The position numbers and the translations under genes are program-made. Of a stretch of DNA of 64,000 nt, positions 58,785 to 64,000 are shown piece by piece (positions within the stretch are counted from its first letter, which is position 1; each line of letters opens with the position of its first letter). Origin of the DNA: Phaeocystidibacter sp. (lineage in GTDB: Bacteria > Bacteroidota > Bacteroidia > Flavobacteriales > Schleiferiaceae); the NCBI GenBank assembly GCA_965659725.1, contig CBFHXG010000009.1:1391-65390 (forward strand), written 5' to 3'. The notes beneath the pieces are model-generated. The model saw only the letters and a program-made list of their open reading frames with translations. It did not search any database and had not been told where the DNA came from.

Positions 58785-59159
58785 ATGCGCAAGTTCACAC
58801 TGCTACTTACGGCCATCATTGGTTTGACCCTCACTTCTGGATGTGCGAAAGACGATCCAACCTTCCCATTCCGTGTCACCGTTAAAGGTGAAAACGGTTT
58901 ACGTGTGCAAAATGCGCGCGTGAGAGCCTATGTTCCGCTACCGAATACCGACATCGAATACGAGGGTATTACCGGTGTTGACGGTAATGTAGAGTTCGAA
59001 CATATTGGTGGGGAGATCGTCGTTCAAATACAAGCCTTCAAGGGGGATGACCCTCCGGTTGCCCTTGGTTGTGGCTTCCTGAAGCTCGAGCCCGATCAAA
59101 AGGTTTACACTACGATCGTGGTTGAAGAATACGACCCGAATGATCCGGGTTGCCAATAG
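58785..59159 (+). CDS. Small lipoprotein, probable paralog of the upstream gene
   Basis: Lipobox TSGC followed by AKDD; V.GE.G..V.NA.V. Confidence 0.7.
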   Translation: MRKFTLLLTAIIGLTLTSGCAKDDPTFPFRVTVKGENGLRVQNARVRAYVPLPNTDIEYEGITGVDGNVEFEHIGGEIVVQIQAFKGDDPPVALGCGFLKLEPDQKVYTTIVVEEYDPNDPGCQ

Positions 59160-59160
59160 A

Positions 59161-59508
59161 TCACTTCAAGAGTCCAGACTCTTCAAAGTATTGAATAATA
59201 GCCTCCTTCATTAATCGGGTTTGATGGCCCGCCTTCAAATGAGGGAGGTTTTCTATTTTGCGATAGTGCGGCCAGCCCTCTTCGTCGTACGACTCGAATT
59301 CATAGTAGCCATATGGCTCGAGCAAGCGACAAATTGCGATGTGCATGACGTTTAATTTCTCGTCTTTTTTAAACTTGCGGTATCCCTGGCCTAACTCTTG
59401 AACACCTATCAAAAAGATGATCCCGTCGAGGTCCAATTCGTCACCCGGAGCAAATAACTCCGACACCAATGAGACGGTCTGGCCCCATTTCTCCTGCATT
59501 ACATCCAT
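59161..59508 (-). CDS. Conserved hypothetical protein
   Basis: DLDGIIFLIGVQELG...GWPHY; start probably MDVMQ. Confidence 0.7.
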   Translation of the reverse strand: MDVMQEKWGQTVSLVSELFAPGDELDLDGIIFLIGVQELGQGYRKFKKDEKLNVMHIAICRLLEPYGYYEFESYDEEGWPHYRKIENLPHLKAGHQTRLMKEAIIQYFEESGLLK

Positions 59509-59541
59509 TTTAAGCGACTTTCTGAATTCAGTCACAAAACT

Positions 59542-60084
59542 ATGAACACTACCGATATAGTTCTCTTAATTCCCGTTCTATTTGGTTTTATCCGTGGATT
59601 ATGGTCGGGGTTGATACAAGAAGTGGCCGGTATCATCGGAATTGTTGTTGGATTGATCCTCGGATACATGTTCAATGAGGATGTTGTGATCATGCTTCAA
59701 GAGGAATTTGACATGAGCAATGAATCGGCTAACATCACGGCGTTCGCCTTACTTTTCATTGGGGGGTTCCTCATCGTGCTTGTGATAGCGAAGATCCTGA
59801 CGAAAGGAACTTCTGCAGCGGGGTTGGGCATGCTGAATCGCATCCTTGGTGGACTCTTTGCGGCGTTGAAATACGCAGTTTTCACAAGTGTCCTGCTCAC
59901 CTTCTTTGATCGGATCAACGATTCTGTGTTGATCATTGAAAAGGAAAAACTCGCCGAAAGCATTGTTTATAAGGCTTATGGCGAGTTTAGTGATCTTCTT
60001 TGGGATTATGTACCCGAAGAAAAGGGAGGTTTCGACCTAGACTCTAGTATTGAATCAATCCAAGATCGCCTGGATTCCAGGTAG
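59542..60084 (+). CDS. CvpA (colicin V production) family membrane protein
   Basis: D.V...G..RG...G...E and NR.LGG.F motifs. Confidence 0.9.
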   Translation: MNTTDIVLLIPVLFGFIRGLWSGLIQEVAGIIGIVVGLILGYMFNEDVVIMLQEEFDMSNESANITAFALLFIGGFLIVLVIAKILTKGTSAAGLGMLNRILGGLFAALKYAVFTSVLLTFFDRINDSVLIIEKEKLAESIVYKAYGEFSDLLWDYVPEEKGGFDLDSSIESIQDRLDSR

Positions 60085-61245
60085 GGTCTTACCTTCCAAA
60101 TATTCCAGCATGGCACCTCCTCCGGTGCTCACGTAACTCACTTGATCGGCTAGATTGAACTTCTTCACCGCTGCAACGGAGTCTCCTCCACCTACCAATG
60201 AAAACGCGCCATTTTTCGTGGCTTTTGCAATGGCCTCTCCCAATTGTTTCGTTCCGGCACTGAATGCTTCAAATTCAAATACGCCTAGAGGACCGTTCCA
60301 AAGGATTGTCTTTGAATTGGCGATCACTTTTGAATACTTTTCAATGGTCTTCGGACCGATGTCCAAGCCCATCCACCCATCTTCTATGGCATCTGCCTCC
60401 GTAAGTTGAGTGTTCGCATCCGCCTTGAAATCATCTGCGTTCAATGAATCTACAGGAAGGTGGAAAGTTACATTCTGTTCAGAAGCCTTGCTCAGCAAGG
60501 TATTTGCTAGTTCTAGCTTGTCATCTTCAACGAGAGAATTGCCCACTTTACCTCCTTGAGCCTTCAAGAAAGTATAGGCCATACCACCACCGATGATCAG
60601 GTTATCAACGCGTGCCATGAGGTTAGTAATGATATCTATCTTACTGCTGACCTTAGCTCCACCCACGATAGCTGTCACTGGCTTTTCATCAGAGTGGAGA
60701 ACCTTGTCTACGTTCTCGATCTCATTGCCCATCACGTAGCCAAAGGCCTTTCTTCCTTCAAACTTGGAAGCAATGATGGCCGTGCTGGCATGCGCTCTAT
60801 GGGCTGTTCCGAACGCGTCGTTTACATAAAAATCGCCATGTTTTGCCAATGCCTCTGCAAACGCCGTGTCACCAGCCTCTTCACCCGCGTGATAACGAAG
60901 GTTTTCTAGAAGTAGGGCTTGACCTGGCTTCAATTGAGCTGACATTTCGTGTGCTTCTGATGAAACACAATCCGAAGCGAACTGGACGTCAACGCCCAAT
61001 AACTTGGATAAATGCGCTTGCACTGGGCGAAGGGAGAACTCAGGGTTTGCCTCTCCTTTCGGTCGGCCTAAGTGAGACATCAATACGAGTGAACCACCGT
61101 CTTTCAACACTTTCTGCAACGTTGGAATGGTTGCTTGGATTCGAGTGTCATCCGTGATCTCTTTACTCTCATTAAGTGGAACATTAAAATCAACGCGGAT
61201 GAGAACTCGTTTTCCCTCGAATGAAAAATCATCAATTGTTTTCAT
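60055..61245 (-). CDS. pgk: Phosphoglycerate kinase
   Basis: RVDFNVP, SHLGRP, LLENLRY, GGGDS, STGGGA. Confidence 0.98.
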   Translation of the reverse strand: MKTIDDFSFEGKRVLIRVDFNVPLNESKEITDDTRIQATIPTLQKVLKDGGSLVLMSHLGRPKGEANPEFSLRPVQAHLSKLLGVDVQFASDCVSSEAHEMSAQLKPGQALLLENLRYHAGEEAGDTAFAEALAKHGDFYVNDAFGTAHRAHASTAIIASKFEGRKAFGYVMGNEIENVDKVLHSDEKPVTAIVGGAKVSSKIDIITNLMARVDNLIIGGGMAYTFLKAQGGKVGNSLVEDDKLELANTLLSKASEQNVTFHLPVDSLNADDFKADANTQLTEADAIEDGWMGLDIGPKTIEKYSKVIANSKTILWNGPLGVFEFEAFSAGTKQLGEAIAKATKNGAFSLVGGGDSVAAVKKFNLADQVSYVSTGGGAMLEYLEGKTLPGIQAILD

Positions 61246-61323
61246 GGCTTCTATTTGATCAGAGAACAAAAGTAACACCCTCACTCGAACCCTCCGCAAC
61301 AAGAAGATTTTTACCTTCGCTTT

Positions 61324-62454
61324 ATGTTGTTTGCAGACATTCCAGGACTAACTGAGCTCAAGGATAAGCTTAGGTCCAATATCCAGCGAAATAAGATCCC
61401 ACATGCACAGTTATTTGTGGGTGAGGAGGGATCGGCTGCGCTCGCCTTGGCCATAGCCTATGCTCAGTATGCACAGTGTAAGGACCCCAGTGAAGACTCA
61501 TGTGGAGCGTGTGCTTCTTGCAAGCAATTCCACTCATTGCAGCACCCTGACCTCCACTTTGCTTTCCCGGTGGCGAAGACGAAGAGCTCTTCGGACAAGC
61601 CCACGAGTGATGAGTTTCTCAATGATTGGCGTAACACTTTAACTGTCAACCCATATCTACTTTATATCGAGTGGTTATCGGTGATCGGGGTCGAGAACAA
61701 ACAAGCGCAACTATCTGTATATCAAGCTAGTAAGATAGCTGAGAAACTTCAATTAAAGAGCTATTCGGGTGGATTGAAGGTGTTGATCCTTTGGATGCCT
61801 GAAAAGTTAAACAATGCAGCGGCAAACAAACTGCTCAAACTTATTGAAGAGCCTGAGGGTAAGACACTTATCATCATGGTGACGCATCATGAGGAGAACG
61901 TACTCGGAACCATTCGATCTCGTTGTCAGGCTGTAAATGTACCTCCTGTAAACTTGGAGGCGCTTCAAGCTTTTGTTGAAACTAAGAACCAGACCGCTGT
62001 GGCGTCTGCCCTTATTGCAGGTTTAGCCCAGGGACAGCCGGGGTTGGCCCTACGCGCTTTGCAGAATCCGCAGTGGCTTCAAGAGGATGCTACTCGCTTT
62101 ACACAATGGGTGAGGGTAAGTTTTCAGCGGAAAGTTCAAGGGATGATCGACTGGTCGGACGAAACTTCTAGTTTGGGCAGGGAGCGCTTGAAGAGCTTCT
62201 TGCACTTTGCGTTAGATGGTTTCGAACAGGCCTTGAGCTATAATTATGGTGCGCATCAAAACGATCCGTTCGCTATCAGCGGGATTGATTTCAAGTTCGA
62301 GAAATTCGCGCCATTTGTTCACAACTTGAACATCATAGAGATCAGTGAGCACATCAACCAGGCGATCTATGAGATCGAGCGCAATTTGAACCCGAAGATC
62401 GTACTATTGGACCTATCGTTCCAGATTGCGCGTGCCCTCAATGTAAAGTCTTGA
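61324..62454 (+). CDS. holB: DNA polymerase III delta' subunit
   Basis: C....SCG.C.SC zinc motif, [23 protein letters not shown]. Confidence 0.9.
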   Translation: MLFADIPGLTELKDKLRSNIQRNKIPHAQLFVGEEGSAALALAIAYAQYAQCKDPSEDSCGACASCKQFHSLQHPDLHFAFPVAKTKSSSDKPTSDEFLNDWRNTLTVNPYLLYIEWLSVIGVENKQAQLSVYQASKIAEKLQLKSYSGGLKVLILWMPEKLNNAAANKLLKLIEEPEGKTLIIMVTHHEENVLGTIRSRCQAVNVPPVNLEALQAFVETKNQTAVASALIAGLAQGQPGLALRALQNPQWLQEDATRFTQWVRVSFQRKVQGMIDWSDETSSLGRERLKSFLHFALDGFEQALSYNYGAHQNDPFAISGIDFKFEKFAPFVHNLNIIEISEHINQAIYEIERNLNPKIVLLDLSFQIARALNVKS

Positions 62455-62547
62455 TCCACAACAGCTTACAAAAATAACGTTAGAGCGCACAACTCTCTAC
62501 AGTAGGGGTGTTGGTGCGTAGAAGGGTGAAAATCGCTTAAATCGCCT

Positions 62548-63435
62548 CTAATTAGCCTTTTTTAGCACGTAAACTAGGCTGCTCATGTTCTTGGATGCTC
62601 TTCCCCGTAAATTTGATTTCAATCCGGTGAAAAATGCGTGTATCGGTCGCATTGAGCCATTCTTATATTTCTCTGAGAGAAGAGAAACATAGAAGGAGTC
62701 GAATGGCATATTCTTGATCTCCTTTAATTCAAAACCGTGCTTCTTGGCCAAGCTGTCGATCGAAGATTTCGAAAAATGCCAAAGGTGGATGGGTACATCC
62801 CAAGCTGCCCAATGAACTCCATAGTGTTTGGCATCATAGCTCTCGTGATTCGGGACGGCTACATACAGGTATCCATCCTTTTCCAACAGACCATTGAATT
62901 TATTTAGGTGTCTGTTGAGATCTGGAAGATGCTCCAATACATGCCACATGGTGATCACGTTGAAACCCGATTCTTTCACTTCATCAATTGAAGGAAGTGG
63001 TTCAATGTTGTGTTCTGTTTTTGCATTTGCTCGAGCGATCTCACTCGGCTCTACACCTACTGTTTCCCATCCATGGTTTCTGCACTCATTCAGAAAGTGT
63101 CCCGTTCCACAGCCCATATCGAGCATTTTGCCGCTCTTCACATATTGTTCAACCCAGCCTCTCTTGTCTCTAACCGCCTTGTTACGAACGACCTGATAGA
63201 GCCTGCTGAACAAAGATTTCTTGGTGTTGCTGTGCGAAATATAGTCTTCGCTTTCATAATATTTACCTAGCTGATCATCTGCTGGCCGAGGAGATGTCGC
63301 CAAAACGCCGCAGCTGTCGCAAGCCACAATTGTAAAATCCTCTTGGCTTACCATGTGGTCATTAACCACGCTATGGTCTGAAAAAGAAGTGCCCTCACAA
63401 ACAGGGCACTGTTCAAGAATTACTTGATGTTCCAC
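62548..63435 (-). CDS. Class I SAM-dependent methyltransferase with N-terminal Zn-ribbon
   Basis: CPVC...CDSC, LDMGCGTG, WHVLEH. Confidence 0.88.
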   Translation of the reverse strand: MEHQVILEQCPVCEGTSFSDHSVVNDHMVSQEDFTIVACDSCGVLATSPRPADDQLGKYYESEDYISHSNTKKSLFSRLYQVVRNKAVRDKRGWVEQYVKSGKMLDMGCGTGHFLNECRNHGWETVGVEPSEIARANAKTEHNIEPLPSIDEVKESGFNVITMWHVLEHLPDLNRHLNKFNGLLEKDGYLYVAVPNHESYDAKHYGVHWAAWDVPIHLWHFSKSSIDSLAKKHGFELKEIKNMPFDSFYVSLLSEKYKNGSMRPIHAFFTGLKSNLRGRASKNMSSLVYVLKKAN

Positions 63436-63443
63436 GTGAAACG
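63428..63443. other. parS centromere-like site
   Basis: TGTTCCACGTGAAACG, 15/16 match to the Spo0J/ParB consensus TGTTNCACGTGAAACA. Confidence 0.85.
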
Positions 63444-63450
63444 ATGTGTT

Positions 63451-64000
63451 TTATCTTCCCATATGTACCAGCAAAACGCTGATATCTGCTGGCGAAACGC
63501 CACTAATTCGGGATGCTTGTGATACAGTAGCTGGACGAATATCCGATAATTTTGTCCTTGCCTCCATGCTTAGACTGGTAATTTCTGTGTAGTTGAATTC
63601 TTTTGGAATGCGGATATTCTCCAACCTTCGCATCTTATCTACGTTGTCTTGCTCTTTCTTTATATACCCTTCATACTTCAAGTCAATTTCAACTTGCTCA
63701 ACAACATCAGGGTCGATATTTCCTGCATTCAACTTTTCATGCACCGCCGGTATTGATAGAAGGTCGTTAAGGTGTACTTCAGGGCGTCCAATAAAACTGA
63801 TGAGCTTATTCTTTTGTTTTGCTGGAGCTGACCCCAACCTTTCGAGAACGGGATCCATATCCTCCGGCTCAACACTTAATTCGGCCAGCGCATTCTTCAG
63901 TTCCCTAATTCCAACCTCCTTCTCCTCCACTCTTTTAAGCCTTTCGTCGGAGGCGAGCCCCCACGAATGTGCAAGCTTGGTCAATCTAAGGTCTGCATTA
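63451..64000 (-). CDS. mnmG: tRNA uridine modification enzyme MnmG (GidA), 3' part only
   Basis: KYEGYI, LS.EAR.KL..IRP.T..QASRISGVSPADIS.LLV C-terminus; truncated by the window edge. Confidence 0.95.
   Translation of the reverse strand, partial: NADLRLTKLAHSWGLASDERLKRVEEKEVGIRELKNALAELSVEPEDMDPVLERLGSAPAKQKNKLISFIGRPEVHLNDLLSIPAVHEKLNAGNIDPDVVEQVEIDLKYEGYIKKEQDNVDKMRRLENIRIPKEFNYTEITSLSMEARTKLSDIRPATVSQASRISGVSPADISVLLVHMGR

Noticed and set aside
62452-62460. DnaA box (TGATCCACA)
   Set aside because: A single box with one mismatch, overlapping the holB stop; not enough for an oriC call
62480-62520. Possible hairpin between holB and the methyltransferase
   Set aside because: Imperfect stem and no U-tract

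Overview
64-kb chromosomal window from a Bacteroidota bacterium, probably an aquatic Flavobacteriales lineage. Support: T9SS type A and type B C-terminal domains, SprE/PorW, an atp operon without atpD/atpC, TAnnTTTG promoters and a flavobacterial-type proteorhodopsin. Most of it is housekeeping: atpBEFHAG, acpP-fabF-rnc-pyk, pheS, pgk, holB, purN, rnhA, rseP and the 3' end of mnmG, with a near-canonical parS site just downstream of mnmG. Accessory parts: a GNAT-symporter-racemase operon, a DTE proteorhodopsin, an ECF sigma operon, an MntR/ZIP/TonB metal module and an 11.3-kb SprB-repeat adhesin. Main unexplained signals: (1) a 558-bp cassette (38032-38589) with a four-helix-bundle (23S-IVS/Avd-like) gene, inserted antisense in an operon and bounded by inverted telomere-like octamer arrays that can form a 30-bp helix; (2) a roughly 190-bp inverted-repeat element present twice (13.75 kb and 36.73 kb); (3) a tandemly duplicated repeat/fixed-length-spacer element at 6.58-6.95 kb; (4) two adjacent genes broken by four in-frame TGA codons with no frameshift (33.6-35.8 kb). 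All family assignments come from motif recognition by eye; no searches were run.
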